Source of the DNA: Candidatus Hecatella orcuttiae
GTDB taxonomy: Archaea > Thermoproteota > Bathyarchaeia > Hecatellales > Hecatellaceae
Length of the DNA stretch: 64,000 nucleotides
Assembly: GCA_002011035.2 (NCBI GenBank)
Contig: MTLY02000001.1
Location: forward strand, 256,001-320,000
Direction: 5' to 3'
Shown: positions 28,098 through 38,103 of the stretch, one piece after another
Position numbering within the stretch: the first letter of the stretch is position 1
Layout of the letters: the number at the start of each line of letters is the position of its first letter
The notes under the pieces: generated by a model
The model's input: only the letters and a program-made list of their open reading frames with translations
Database searches by the model: none
What the model was told of the DNA's origin: nothing
Program-made: the position numbers and the translations under genes

Positions 28098-29086
28098 TTC
28101 TCAAATATTCTCTCCATCACGGCTGCCACCATTATGGGGAAGCAGATGGTGGTGTCACCGATAACCTGAACGTAGCTGGCTTTACTTTTAACCTTACCCC
28201 AAGACACAGCCTCCTCCAAAGTGGCTCCCGATAGCCCTCCGGGTTCAGGGCGGTCCATGGTTATCTGTATGGCGTAGTCCAATTTTTTACCCGTGGTGAA
28301 AGCTGCTTGAAAGATGAAGTTTTTCGGAACTCCTCCTCCGAGAACCAAGGCACCCGTTTTTTTAGAGGCTCTAAACATTTCAAAGAAGTTCTCCATGTCG
28401 CCCATGACATCCAATTGAATTTTCGGAACCTCCTTCACGCTTGGATATTTTCTATCCCACAACAACCCAAAACAGGAGTCGTTGAGAGCCGGAACGTAAA
28501 TCGGCTTATCAGCCTTGTAGGCTGCGTAGATTATCGAGTCTTCACAAGGTTTCATCAGCATGCCAACTTTTTTAAAAAACTCAGAGATCGACAGCCTAGG
28601 CGAGTTTTTGTTTTTCATCATTTCCCCGTAGATTTCTTGACAGATGCCCAGCATCGGCTTATCGAAACAGTCGACAAAATACTGATCCGGAATGAAGACA
28701 TCGTATATTCTGTCGATTTTCTCGGAATAAAGTTTGCTGTCGTCGGTTTGACAGGTTCCCTTAAAATGTCGACCTCCGTAGGCTTCAACGAAGTCGTGAA
28801 CCATGTTGGCTCCGGTGCTGACAATGACGTCTACCATGTCTCTCTTGATCATTTCGATGACGATCTGCTTCATCCCGGCGGGAACCATGGCGCCTGAAAA
28901 ACCAAAAAAAATAGTAGCATCATCTCTCAGCATCTGCTCATAAATGTCAACAGCCTTAGCCAGCCTTCCAGCTCCAAAGCTTCCAGACCTACCCATTTCA
29001 AGGATGAGTTGATTTACAGTCATGCCGCACCTCAACTTCACCGGCTCAACAACATCCTTACAGAATTCATGAGCCGTCTTAATCAC
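28094..29086 (-). CDS. dys: deoxyhypusine synthase
   Basis: SGAMVPAG, STGAN, DRIYD, GGGVPKN, GGLSGATLEEAVSWGK (catalytic Lys). Confidence 0.93.
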   Translation of the reverse strand: MIKTAHEFCKDVVEPVKLRCGMTVNQLILEMGRSGSFGAGRLAKAVDIYEQMLRDDATIFFGFSGAMVPAGMKQIVIEMIKRDMVDVIVSTGANMVHDFVEAYGGRHFKGTCQTDDSKLYSEKIDRIYDVFIPDQYFVDCFDKPMLGICQEIYGEMMKNKNSPRLSISEFFKKVGMLMKPCEDSIIYAAYKADKPIYVPALNDSCFGLLWDRKYPSVKEVPKIQLDVMGDMENFFEMFRASKKTGALVLGGGVPKNFIFQAAFTTGKKLDYAIQITMDRPEPGGLSGATLEEAVSWGKVKSKASYVQVIGDTTICFPIMVAAVMERIFEK

Positions 29087-29226
29087 ACCTATAAGTTTTT
29101 AACAATTCTTAAACTGGAAATGGAAATATAAAATTTTCTAAGAAAATACTTGAAGACCCGGAACAGAATTTTGGATCTCAAAAAAAACCTCGCATCTGAA
29201 ACGTTTCGAGGCTGGTTTGAATTTTA

Positions 29227-31209
29227 TCAGAAAATCCTTTTACCTGTTTCTTCGCCTACTTTTAACCCAGGTCTTCGAGCTGTCAGCATCTCTTGAAATT
29301 CTTTTGAACTCAGAATTTTCAGGAAAGCTTGAACTGCAGGCTTGTTAAGCCTGTCTAACCTTATGGCGAAGTCGTAGTTTTCATCCTTTAGATGAACGTA
29401 GTCTAGACCGTTCAGGCGGGCCACAGTCTCTATGGCCAATCCCACGTCGGCTTTTCCGTGCAGGATGGCCGTCGCTAGAGCTGAGTGGGATTTGACTTCG
29501 AAGGTGTATCCCTTAATTTTACGGATTAAGTCTTCAAAATCAACCCGCTTTTTCTTCGCTACTTCCTTTATATAAAAATCCAGCAGAATTCTGGTTCCGG
29601 AGCCTGTGTTCCTGTTCACCAAGGTTACATCCTCTCTCCAAAGGTCTTCTAGGCTACGGATCCCTTTCGGGTTTCTCCTTGCCACCACCAGTCCCTGCCT
29701 TCGGATGTAACCCCTCACCAAGGCTGCTTTCCCTTCAAGGCCGAATTTTTTCATAAACGACACATTGTAGTCTCCGGTTTCTCCATTCAGCAGGTGGATG
29801 CCTGCCATGTCAACTTCACCCCTCCTAAGGGCGGACAGGCCTCCACTAGAGCCGAGGTTGATTATCTTGAGTTTAAAGCTGGGATTTTGCTGAAGGAACA
29901 ACTCAGCGGCCACATCCAAGCCTAAGCAGTGGCTTCCCCCTATCACCAAGTCCGCAGGCTTAAACTGGGATCCGAAAATCCTAACCTGAACGCTTTCCCC
30001 CTCCTCTAGGAAAACTCTTCCCTCAGGAATTTCAATAAAGCCGTCAGCCTCGGCTAAAGTGGATATGGCCCCTGAACCCCCGACGGTGGGGAAAACGATG
30101 AACGCTTCCCCCGCCTGAATTATGTGCACTGGCAGAAAGTTCCTCCTCCCGGGGGTAGAGAAGATTCTTTCCCCCGCCTTGGCTTCAAGGACTTTCCCCT
30201 CAACCCACGGGCTTAAGCCGGCCATCTGTCTGAGAACAGGTTGGACGAGTATGTTGAAAATCATCAGCGCCGAGGTGGGATAGCCCGGCAGCCCAAAGAT
30301 AGGCTTACCTTGGATCAAGGCAATGATAGTTGGCTTTCCCGGCTTCACCAACACCCCGTGGACCAGTATGCCGGGTTTTCCAAGGCTGTCCAAGATTCTG
30401 TAGAGAATGTCTCCTGCGCCAGCTGAGGTTCCTCCGGAAACTAGGACGACGTCGCTTGTTTCAAGCGCCAGCTGGATCCGCTTCTTCAAGGCTTGGGCTT
30501 CATCGCCAACTACCCCTAGGAAGCGGGGTTCACAGCCGCATTCCAGAACGGATGCGGAGAGGGTGTAATTGTTGATGTCATAGATTTTACCGTAAGGTAA
30601 AGGTTGACCTATAGGGGTAATCTCGTTGCCTGTGGAAACCACGGCGACCACAGGTTTTCTGTAACATTTTACCTCCGAGATGCCTAAGGCTGCCAGAACC
30701 CCTATTTCTACGGGAGTTAAAACCGTCGACTTTCTCAGCACAAGCTCCCCAGCCATCATGTCGGAGCCGGCTGCCATAATGTTCTCCCCGGTGGTAACAG
30801 GCCTGTAGACTTCGAGGGAATCGCCCGCGGATGACGTATACTCCACCATGACAACAGCGTTCGCCCCCGGCGGCAGAGGCGCTCCTGTAGCGATTTCCAC
30901 CGCCTCCCCTTTCTGCAAGGTGAAGGGGGGCTCTTCTCCAGCTTGGAGCCGTCCCACTATTTTGAGCCTCACAGCTTTGTCCTCTTCAGCGTTGTAGGTG
31001 TCCTCCGCCTTGACAGCGTAGCCGTCCATGGCAGCCCTGTCAAAAGGTGGAATATCTAAGGGGGCTTCCACATCTTCTGCTGTAACCCTCCCCAAGGCCT
31101 CCGTCAACTTTACTGTCTCAACTCCCACTGGTTTCGGTTCAAAGTGCTCTCGCAGTTTCCTACCTGCTTCCTCAAGGGAGAGGAGATCCCGGAAAATTTT
31201 TCTAGCCAT
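29227..31209 (-). CDS. moeA: molybdopterin molybdotransferase MoeA with C-terminal molybdate-binding (PBP) domain
   Basis: PPFDRAAMDGYAV, STGNE, SGGTSAG, KPGKP, GLPGYP, then GSHCLG, GSSGGL, NRNTGSGTR. Confidence 0.93.
   Translation of the reverse strand: MARKIFRDLLSLEEAGRKLREHFEPKPVGVETVKLTEALGRVTAEDVEAPLDIPPFDRAAMDGYAVKAEDTYNAEEDKAVRLKIVGRLQAGEEPPFTLQKGEAVEIATGAPLPPGANAVVMVEYTSSAGDSLEVYRPVTTGENIMAAGSDMMAGELVLRKSTVLTPVEIGVLAALGISEVKCYRKPVVAVVSTGNEITPIGQPLPYGKIYDINNYTLSASVLECGCEPRFLGVVGDEAQALKKRIQLALETSDVVLVSGGTSAGAGDILYRILDSLGKPGILVHGVLVKPGKPTIIALIQGKPIFGLPGYPTSALMIFNILVQPVLRQMAGLSPWVEGKVLEAKAGERIFSTPGRRNFLPVHIIQAGEAFIVFPTVGGSGAISTLAEADGFIEIPEGRVFLEEGESVQVRIFGSQFKPADLVIGGSHCLGLDVAAELFLQQNPSFKLKIINLGSSGGLSALRRGEVDMAGIHLLNGETGDYNVSFMKKFGLEGKAALVRGYIRRQGLVVARRNPKGIRSLEDLWREDVTLVNRNTGSGTRILLDFYIKEVAKKKRVDFEDLIRKIKGYTFEVKSHSALATAILHGKADVGLAIETVARLNGLDYVHLKDENYDFAIRLDRLNKPAVQAFLKILSSKEFQEMLTARRPGLKVGEETGKRIF
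30998..31056. repeat. 59-nt direct repeat, copy 1 (shared by the two moeA genes)
   Basis: 58/59 nt identical to 32265-32323. Confidence 0.9.
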
Positions 31210-32518
31210 AAGCTGGCTCCTCCAGACTTCTCAGCAAGGTAACCTTCACGGTTTCCCCTTTTTCTATTCCTTCCTTTTCTTCAGGCACCACCACTAAGCC
31301 TTGGGCTTTAACCATGGAGGATATTATTCCAGCTCCTGTGATTCTGATAGGTTCAGCCTCATAGCCTTCTCCCGTCTTTCTTAAAGCAACTCGGACAAAG
31401 TCTCTGACGCCGGGATGGGAAGGTACTCTCCTCGCCATCTTCGCCTCCACAGTGTAGCCGGATATTTCAGGCAGAGAAGTCCCCAGCATTTTCCCAATAA
31501 TCCCCTGCACAAACAAGTAGAAGGTCACCATAGCGGCCACAGGATAGCCGGGTAAAAGCACCACAGGCTTTTCCCCCACAGCCGCCAAAGCAACAGGTTT
31601 GCCCGGGCGAATGGCCACTCCGTGAACAACAATACAGGAGTCGGGGAAAGACCTCAGAGCTTCGACCACTAGGTCCCTAGCCCCCACAGAGGTGCCGCCG
31701 GATAGTACGGTGAGGTCCGCTTTTCTCAGACCCTCCTCCATCTTGGCCTTGATGGAGTTCAAGTCTTCGGAGGCTATGCCTAGGTCTAGAGGCGTGCACC
31801 CCAGTTCCGCTATCGCAGCCAACAGGAAATAACGGTTTGAATCGAAGGTTTTTCCACTCTCAGCCGGCACTCCAGGCTCGACAAGTTCGTTGCCCGTGGA
31901 GGCCACAGCGACCACAGGCTTTTTGACCACTTTAACCTTCCCTTTTCCCAAAGCGGCTAGAAGAGCTAAGTCCTGAGGCTTCAAAGCTAAGCCCTTGGTT
32001 AGGACAACTTCCCCCTTCCGGACGTCCTCTCCAACCTTGGAAACATTCTGCCCCTGACTCACTGTTCGGTAAACTTCTAGGATGCCGGAATCATGGAGGT
32101 TGGTGTACTCTAACATGATAACCGCGTCAGCACCTTCAGGCAGGGGAGCTCCTGTCCAGACTCTCACCGCCTGCCCTTTTTTGACAATGAGCTCTGCCTT
32201 CCTTCCCACCTCCACTGTTCCAACCACGTCCAAAAGAACCGGGTTGGTGGCAGAAGCCCCTGAAGTGTCCTCCGCCTTGACGGCGTAGCCGTCCATGGCA
32301 GCCCTGTCAAAAGGTGGAATATCCACTTCAGCCGTGAGGTTTTGGGCTAAAACCCGCCCCGCAGCATCGGAAATCGGAACCTCCTCAGCATCGCGGACTT
32401 TAATTTGAACCGTCGTGAAGTATCGGTCTAGGGCTTCTGCCGCCTTCAAGGATTCAGCGAATCCTTTCAACTTAACATCTCGCATGTTTTCTGAGATAGG
32501 GGACATGACTTTATACAT
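31202..32518 (-). CDS. moeA: molybdopterin molybdotransferase MoeA (short paralog)
   Basis: PPFDRAAMDGYAV, TGAPLP, STGNEL, SGGTSVG, RPGKP, LPGYP. Confidence 0.93.
   Translation of the reverse strand: MYKVMSPISENMRDVKLKGFAESLKAAEALDRYFTTVQIKVRDAEEVPISDAAGRVLAQNLTAEVDIPPFDRAAMDGYAVKAEDTSGASATNPVLLDVVGTVEVGRKAELIVKKGQAVRVWTGAPLPEGADAVIMLEYTNLHDSGILEVYRTVSQGQNVSKVGEDVRKGEVVLTKGLALKPQDLALLAALGKGKVKVVKKPVVAVASTGNELVEPGVPAESGKTFDSNRYFLLAAIAELGCTPLDLGIASEDLNSIKAKMEEGLRKADLTVLSGGTSVGARDLVVEALRSFPDSCIVVHGVAIRPGKPVALAAVGEKPVVLLPGYPVAAMVTFYLFVQGIIGKMLGTSLPEISGYTVEAKMARRVPSHPGVRDFVRVALRKTGEGYEAEPIRITGAGIISSMVKAQGLVVVPEEKEGIEKGETVKVTLLRSLEEPAYG
32265..32323. repeat. 59-nt direct repeat, copy 2
   Basis: 58/59 nt identical to 30998-31056. 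Confidence 0.9.
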
Positions 32519-32616
32519 CCCTGTTTAAGATAGACTGAAAAACACAGCCTCATAAGGATATACATTATGCCTAATGCGAAAGACCCGGAGAAAGACTTTG
32601 GAGACAACGTCTTAAG

Positions 32617-33804
32617 TTAAATTTTTCTGGCAAATTCTTCTCCGTACTCCAAGCATTTTCGGGTTTCTTCCTCGTCTGGAACCCATTTGACAGTCAAGCC
32701 GGGGGACAGTATCTCTATTCCCGCCTGCCGGAGGGCTTCTTCAATATGCCTCACCGCACCTCCACCCCACCCGTAGGAGCCAAAGGCGGCTGCAACTTTT
32801 TTCCTAGGCTTTAACCCCTTTAGGTCTTCGAGGAAGGATGCAAGAGTTGGGAGGATGCCGCTGTTGATGGTAGAGGAGCCTACTAGGAGGCCTTTAGCTT
32901 CAAGAAGCTCCCTAATCAGGGCTCCTCGGTCTGAGAGCGGCAGCCTGAACAGCCTTACTTCAACGCCTTCCCTGCGGATGCCTTCGACGATGGCTTTAGC
33001 CATCTTCTCCGTGCTGCCCCACATAGTATCGTAGACGACTAGGATTTTCTTTTCAGCCTCTCCCCGAGCCCAACAGAGGTAGGCTTCAAGGATCTTCGCT
33101 GGGTTGCTCCGCCAAATGACACCATGGCTTGGAGCTATCATGGCGACACTCAGGTTTCGTTGCTGAAGTTCCTCTATTTTCTTTATCACCAAGGAGCTGA
33201 AAGGCCAGAGGATGTTGGCGTAATATTTAGCCGCCTCCTCCATTAGAATGTTCTCATCCACCTCGTCGTCAAACCGCTTTGAGGTTGCCAGATGCTGGCC
33301 GAAGGCGTCGTTGGGCAAAAGCAGACCGTCTTTTCCTACATAGGTGAACATGCTGTCAGGCCAGTGCAACATGGGAGCCTCTATGAAGCTTAGAGTCCTT
33401 TCGCCGAGGTTTATTTCGTCCCCGGTTTTTACCACCTGAAAATTCCAGTCTCTGAAAAAATAGTGTTTAAGTAATCCCTCTTTACATCTGGCCGTGCCTA
33501 CCACCTTTGCCTTCGGAGCGAACTTTAAAACTTCGGCTAGGGCTCCGGAATGGTCCGTCTCCACATGGTTGATGACGATGTAGTCAATTTTTTCGGGTTC
33601 CACTATCTCCCTGATTCTCTCCATCATTTCCCCTCCAAAAGGGGCGTAGACACAGTCCACCAAGACTATTTTTCCGTCCACAATGAGGTAGGCGTTGTAG
33701 GTTGTCCCCCGAGGTGTGGAGTAAGTGAAGCCGTGGAAGTTTCTGACGTTCCAGTCCACCGCACCGACCCAGTAAATGTTTTCTAGAACCTCAACCGGCT
33801 TCAT
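32617..33804 (-). CDS. fprA: flavodiiron protein (FprA, O2/NO reductase)
   Basis: GTTYNAYL, NHVETDHSG, HWPD, NDAFGQH, PSHG, flavodoxin YDTMWGST, FGSYGWGG. Confidence 0.94.
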   Translation of the reverse strand: MKPVEVLENIYWVGAVDWNVRNFHGFTYSTPRGTTYNAYLIVDGKIVLVDCVYAPFGGEMMERIREIVEPEKIDYIVINHVETDHSGALAEVLKFAPKAKVVGTARCKEGLLKHYFFRDWNFQVVKTGDEINLGERTLSFIEAPMLHWPDSMFTYVGKDGLLLPNDAFGQHLATSKRFDDEVDENILMEEAAKYYANILWPFSSLVIKKIEELQQRNLSVAMIAPSHGVIWRSNPAKILEAYLCWARGEAEKKILVVYDTMWGSTEKMAKAIVEGIRREGVEVRLFRLPLSDRGALIRELLEAKGLLVGSSTINSGILPTLASFLEDLKGLKPRKKVAAAFGSYGWGGGAVRHIEEALRQAGIEILSPGLTVKWVPDEEETRKCLEYGEEFARKI

Positions 33805-33931
33805 AAAGGACCGCCTGATTTCAGAGAATGTTATCTTAGCTCCGATAAGAGTTTTCCTCTCCCCCACCTTTCAGCCTACTGCGGAGTGAAGTGATTAGCT
33901 TAAATAGGCGGCTTCGGAAAACTATAAAATC

Positions 33932-34561
33932 ATGGCCCAGTATGGGTTTACTCCCCCTGCCGCATTCAGGCCTGTGATGGTTTTCATCGACGGAGGCTAT
34001 GTGCGGGAGATTTTCAGGGAAAAATTCGGCCATGATAGCATAGACTTTCATAGATTGGTCACCATCATGAACGAATATCCTTTTCGAGGAAAAAGCATTC
34101 AAGGAGAACTGCTGAGAGCCTACTACTACGACGCCATAGTCGAGCAGACGGAAGACCCCCATCTGTTCAGCAGACAGCAGGCTTACTTTGACAATATTGA
34201 AAAGTCTCCCGACATCCAAGTTAGGCTGGGAAGACTGATTCGAACCCATGCGGGTTACAGGCAGAAAGGCGTGGATGTGCTACTGGCCATTGATATGCTG
34301 AGCATGGCCTTCCAAAACCGCTACGAAATCGCCATTTTTCTGGGCGGAGACGACGACTTTGTAGACCTCATCGACGCCGTTAAAAATTCAGCCGGCAAGA
34401 GAGTTTTCGGCTTCTACTACCCTCACCGAATATCTAGACGGCTCTTCAATTCCTTTGACCAAAGATTCGAATTGGATGAAAACATTTTAAACAGCATTAA
34501 AAAACAGGGAGACCACTCTGCACCAGGAACAGACAAAAAAGGCGGGAACGCTAGGTTTTAG
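33932..34561 (+). CDS. NYN/LabA (PIN-like) domain protein
   Basis: VFIDGGY, RAYYYDA, QKGVDVLLAIDM, GDDDF. Confidence 0.88.
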   Translation: MAQYGFTPPAAFRPVMVFIDGGYVREIFREKFGHDSIDFHRLVTIMNEYPFRGKSIQGELLRAYYYDAIVEQTEDPHLFSRQQAYFDNIEKSPDIQVRLGRLIRTHAGYRQKGVDVLLAIDMLSMAFQNRYEIAIFLGGDDDFVDLIDAVKNSAGKRVFGFYYPHRISRRLFNSFDQRFELDENILNSIKKQGDHSAPGTDKKGGNARF

Positions 34562-34569
34562 GGTCGAGT

Positions 34570-35565
34570 TCACCGCAGTTCTTGAAGAGCCTTAAGCCTT
34601 TTCACAATGTTTGGGTGGGTTGAGAAGATCTCCGCAAACCGGTCAGCCCAAGTAAGCCTCCGGGAGAGAATTTCGTTTACAAGCTGCTGATCCGATGCAT
34701 ATCGAGAATAATGGGAAAGTTCGACGACGTCTCTAGAAGCTCTGACAGGGTCGGCTATGAAGAGGGATTTGAAGCTGCTCAGGCTGCCTATTTCCCGCCC
34801 CTGATACCGCCTCATCCTCCCTGAGAAGCGAACGATCTTAGCCAAGCCTTCGGACAGTTTACGGGCGCCGTCCTCCACAATGCTGACACTGGTTCTGTCC
34901 GCGTAATACTCTCGGTATCGGCTTAAACCCAAGACGAAGAGAGAGAGAATCCAGTAGATGGCGAGGCAGGCGATGCCGATGAGGAAGGGCGCCGCTGCAC
35001 CTTGCCCTCTTCTAGCTCCGTAGCCGCCGAACCAAGTGGAGAGCATGAGGGAATAGCCTAGGAAATAGAATATAGCCGGCAGAACGGAGACGAACATCAT
35101 AATCTGCACATCTCGATGTTTGAGATGGCCTAACTCATGCCCTATCACGGCCTCCACCTCTTCCTCTTCCAAGTTCTTGAGCAGCCCCTCCGTTACCGCC
35201 ACCCTGCTCCCTGTCAAGGGGGAACCGTAGGCAAAGGCATTGGGAATTGGAAGGCGGGCAATCATCAGCTTAGGCGTCGCTAGGTTTAGCTTCCGGCTTA
35301 GCCTTTCCACCATTCCATAGAGGCGACCGTGCTCCGACCTTGAAGCTTCCTTAGCCTTGTACATGGCCTCTATGAGTTTAGGGGCGAAAAGCCACTGGAT
35401 GATGTTGAAGATGACCACGATGGGCATCAGAACCAAGAGACTGAGACTGCCGGTAAGAGTCAGAATGGCTGCGAAGAAAAGGGTGGAAGCTCCGATGATG
35501 AAAGCCAGCGTGCCGTACATGGAGAGGCGAAGCTTCAAAAGACTCATAGGGATACCCTCTCTCAT
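34570..35565 (-). CDS. htpX: zinc metalloprotease HtpX
   Basis: PNAFAYG, AVTEGLL, HELGH, SRYREYYAD, STHP; alternative start at 35547. Confidence 0.93.
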   Translation of the reverse strand: MREGIPMSLLKLRLSMYGTLAFIIGASTLFFAAILTLTGSLSLLVLMPIVVIFNIIQWLFAPKLIEAMYKAKEASRSEHGRLYGMVERLSRKLNLATPKLMIARLPIPNAFAYGSPLTGSRVAVTEGLLKNLEEEEVEAVIGHELGHLKHRDVQIMMFVSVLPAIFYFLGYSLMLSTWFGGYGARRGQGAAAPFLIGIACLAIYWILSLFVLGLSRYREYYADRTSVSIVEDGARKLSEGLAKIVRFSGRMRRYQGREIGSLSSFKSLFIADPVRASRDVVELSHYSRYASDQQLVNEILSRRLTWADRFAEIFSTHPNIVKRLKALQELR

Positions 35566-35721
35566 TGAGAGAAGAAAAAGAGGTTTATAACTTTAACGTT
35601 GACACATTAAACCGCATTCAGTTAGCTGAATGCTCTTGGGGAAAGCTATTTAAGCAGACTTTGAAAAATACTGCTAACTCTTCCACCTCTAGTAATTGCC
35701 GAGAAGCGGAGAAGACCTCTG

Positions 35722-37317
35722 ATGCAGGGAGAACGGTATTCCCCCCGTATTCAAGAACACCCCATTCTCAGCTTTGAAAGGGGGAGGAAAATAAAGTTCT
35801 TCTTCGACGGCCGGGAGATCGAAGCCTACGAAGGGGAAACCATTACGGCGGCCCTCTACGCGGCGGGGATAAGACAGCTCACCGAGAGCCTGAAATACAG
35901 GCGGCCTCGAGGGTTCTTCTGCGCCATAGGAAAATGCTCCAGCTGCCTAGCTCAAGTTGACGGTGTATCCAACGTCAAAACCTGCGTAACCTTGGTTAAG
36001 GAAGGCATGGATGTCAGATCCCAGAAAAGAAAATTTTCTCTCCTAGGCTCCTTGGTTTCAGCCGCCTTGAAGCGCGGCCTGTTTCCATCCGTCGGAGGCC
36101 ATTACAAGAAGCTTGTGGGCGGCCCGCTTGTCTGGCCTCTGGCCCGGAGAGCCATAAAAGCCATGGCGGGATTCGGGGAATTCCCCGAACCTAACCCGAC
36201 GCTGGGGAAGTTTCTTCCCAGCGAAACATGGGAAGGAGACTTGGTGGTGATAGGCGGCGGCCCCGCGGGTATTTCAGCGGCCCTCTACGGAGCTAAGCTG
36301 GGTTTGAAGGTGGCGTTGGTGGATGAAAACAGCCGCCTAGGGGGGCAACTGGTCAAGCAGACCCATCGCTTTTTCGGCTCTAAGGAATATTATGCTGGAA
36401 CTAGGGGATTTGAGATTGGGAGAATTCTGGAAAAAGAAGCCGCCAGCTACAGTAACATCACCGTCTTGCTAGACACCACCGTCTTCGGCTTTTACCCCGG
36501 CAACATCTTGGGCGCAGTTCAGAAGATAGATTTCTGCAAGGAGAAGATGGTCAAGCTTAGAGCTAAAAGAATGGTCTTCGCCACCGGAGCCTACGAGAGA
36601 ACTTTGATCTTCGAGAACAACGACCTGCCAGGGGTTATGGGAGCCGGAGGCGTTCAAACATTGATGAATGTTCAAGGGATAAGACCTGGGAAAAACGGCC
36701 TCATCATCGGAGCCGGCAATGTGGGCCTTATCCTCGCCTATCAACTGCTCCAAGCAGGGGTGAGGGTGGAGGCTGTTATTGAGGCCATGCCAGGGGTAGG
36801 CGGATATTTCGTCCACGCAGCCAAGATTAGGAGAGCTGGGGTTCCCATTCTCACCTCGCACACGATCCTGAAGGCATTGGGGAAGGGAAGCGTAGAAGGC
36901 GCTGTGGTGGCCAAGCTTGACGACAAGTGGAATCCCCTTCCCGGCAGCGAGAAAGAACTAGAATGCGACTTTATCTGTGTGGCCGTGGGGTTGCATCCCA
37001 GCTTTGAACTCCCCTACCAAGCGGGTTGTCAGCTGAAGTACGTGCCTGAGCTGGGGGGAATGGTTCCCGTCCACGACCAATGGATGGAAACCTCGGTTCC
37101 CGGGATCTACATCGCTGGAGACACTTCAGGCATTGAAGAGGCCAGCACCGCCATTCTAGGGGGGAGAATAGCCGGCCTCTCCGCCGGCTTATCCTTGGTT
37201 AAAGACCGAGAAGCGGAAAAGTTGCGATCGGAATTCGTGAAAGCCCTAGAAGAGTTCAGGGACAATCCTCTAAGCGCAAAAATCAGGGAAGGAAAGAAAA
37301 AGGCTCAACCGAGGTGA
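35722..37317 (+). CDS. proline/sarcosine dehydrogenase-like alpha subunit (2Fe-2S plus FAD/NAD-binding domain)
   Basis: RPRGFFCAIGKCSSC, GGGPAG, LGGQLVKQTHRFFG, ATGAYER, GAGNVG, AGD. Confidence 0.85.
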   Translation: MQGERYSPRIQEHPILSFERGRKIKFFFDGREIEAYEGETITAALYAAGIRQLTESLKYRRPRGFFCAIGKCSSCLAQVDGVSNVKTCVTLVKEGMDVRSQKRKFSLLGSLVSAALKRGLFPSVGGHYKKLVGGPLVWPLARRAIKAMAGFGEFPEPNPTLGKFLPSETWEGDLVVIGGGPAGISAALYGAKLGLKVALVDENSRLGGQLVKQTHRFFGSKEYYAGTRGFEIGRILEKEAASYSNITVLLDTTVFGFYPGNILGAVQKIDFCKEKMVKLRAKRMVFATGAYERTLIFENNDLPGVMGAGGVQTLMNVQGIRPGKNGLIIGAGNVGLILAYQLLQAGVRVEAVIEAMPGVGGYFVHAAKIRRAGVPILTSHTILKALGKGSVEGAVVAKLDDKWNPLPGSEKELECDFICVAVGLHPSFELPYQAGCQLKYVPELGGMVPVHDQWMETSVPGIYIAGDTSGIEEASTAILGGRIAGLSAGLSLVKDREAEKLRSEFVKALEEFRDNPLSAKIREGKKKAQPR

Positions 37318-37323
37318 AGTAGG

Positions 37324-37809
37324 GTGGAGAAGCGTCTGAGGCAGGGCTTCATCACCTCAGAGGACCTGAAAAACCTGCCCGACAAGGAGCGGTTGAAGAA
37401 GGGCTGGGTTGCCGTGATCGAATGTCCTCAAAACATTCCCTGCGACGCCTGTATCTACGCGTGTAAAACCCAAGCTTTGGAGATGAAGACGGTGGCAGAC
37501 CTACCTGTGATAAACTACGATAAATGCATAGGATGCTTCCAGTGCATGCACGCCTGCCCAGGCGTAGCCATCTTCATGGTGCGCCTAACCGATGACGGAA
37601 AAGGCATGGTCAGTCTACCCTACGAGTTCACCGACCTCCCTAAAGCGGGGGAAACCGTGGACCTCCTCAACCGGTTAGGAGAGAAGCTGGGTCCAGCTAG
37701 GGTGATTAGAACCTTCAGCATGGGTAAGGACGCCGCCAAGTCAAGTTACGTCACCGTGGAAACTGCGCCTGAACTGATATGGGATGCAAGGTTCATTCGA
37801 AGAAGGTGA
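37324..37809 (+). CDS. 4Fe-4S ferredoxin-like subunit
   Basis: CPQNIPCDACIYAC and CIGCFQCMHACP. Confidence 0.85.
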   Translation: MEKRLRQGFITSEDLKNLPDKERLKKGWVAVIECPQNIPCDACIYACKTQALEMKTVADLPVINYDKCIGCFQCMHACPGVAIFMVRLTDDGKGMVSLPYEFTDLPKAGETVDLLNRLGEKLGPARVIRTFSMGKDAAKSSYVTVETAPELIWDARFIRRR

Positions 37810-37815
37810 AAACAG

Positions 37816-38103
37816 GTGGGAAAAGGAAAGGAGATAGTTTGTTTCTGCGAGGACGTATCCAAGGAAGAAATCGTGAAAGCCATCAAAATGGGCTTCAAGG
37901 ACTTGGAAACCTTGAAAAGGTTCACAGGCATCAGCACTGGGCCCTGCCAAGGGAAATCATGCCTTTTCCAAGTCATGAGAATTCTAGCCCAAATGGAAGG
38001 CAAAAAAATGGAGGAAATGGCGACCACGACCATCAGGCCGCCGGCAAGGCCTATCCTCATAGGCGCGCTGGCCGAGGGGGAAACCCGTGCTGGAGAAGGC
38101 TGA
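37816..38103 (+). CDS. BFD-like 2Fe-2S subunit
   Basis: VCFCEDV, LKRFTGISTGPCQGKSC, RPPARP. Confidence 0.85.
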   Translation: MGKGKEIVCFCEDVSKEEIVKAIKMGFKDLETLKRFTGISTGPCQGKSCLFQVMRILAQMEGKKMEEMATTTIRPPARPILIGALAEGETRAGEG

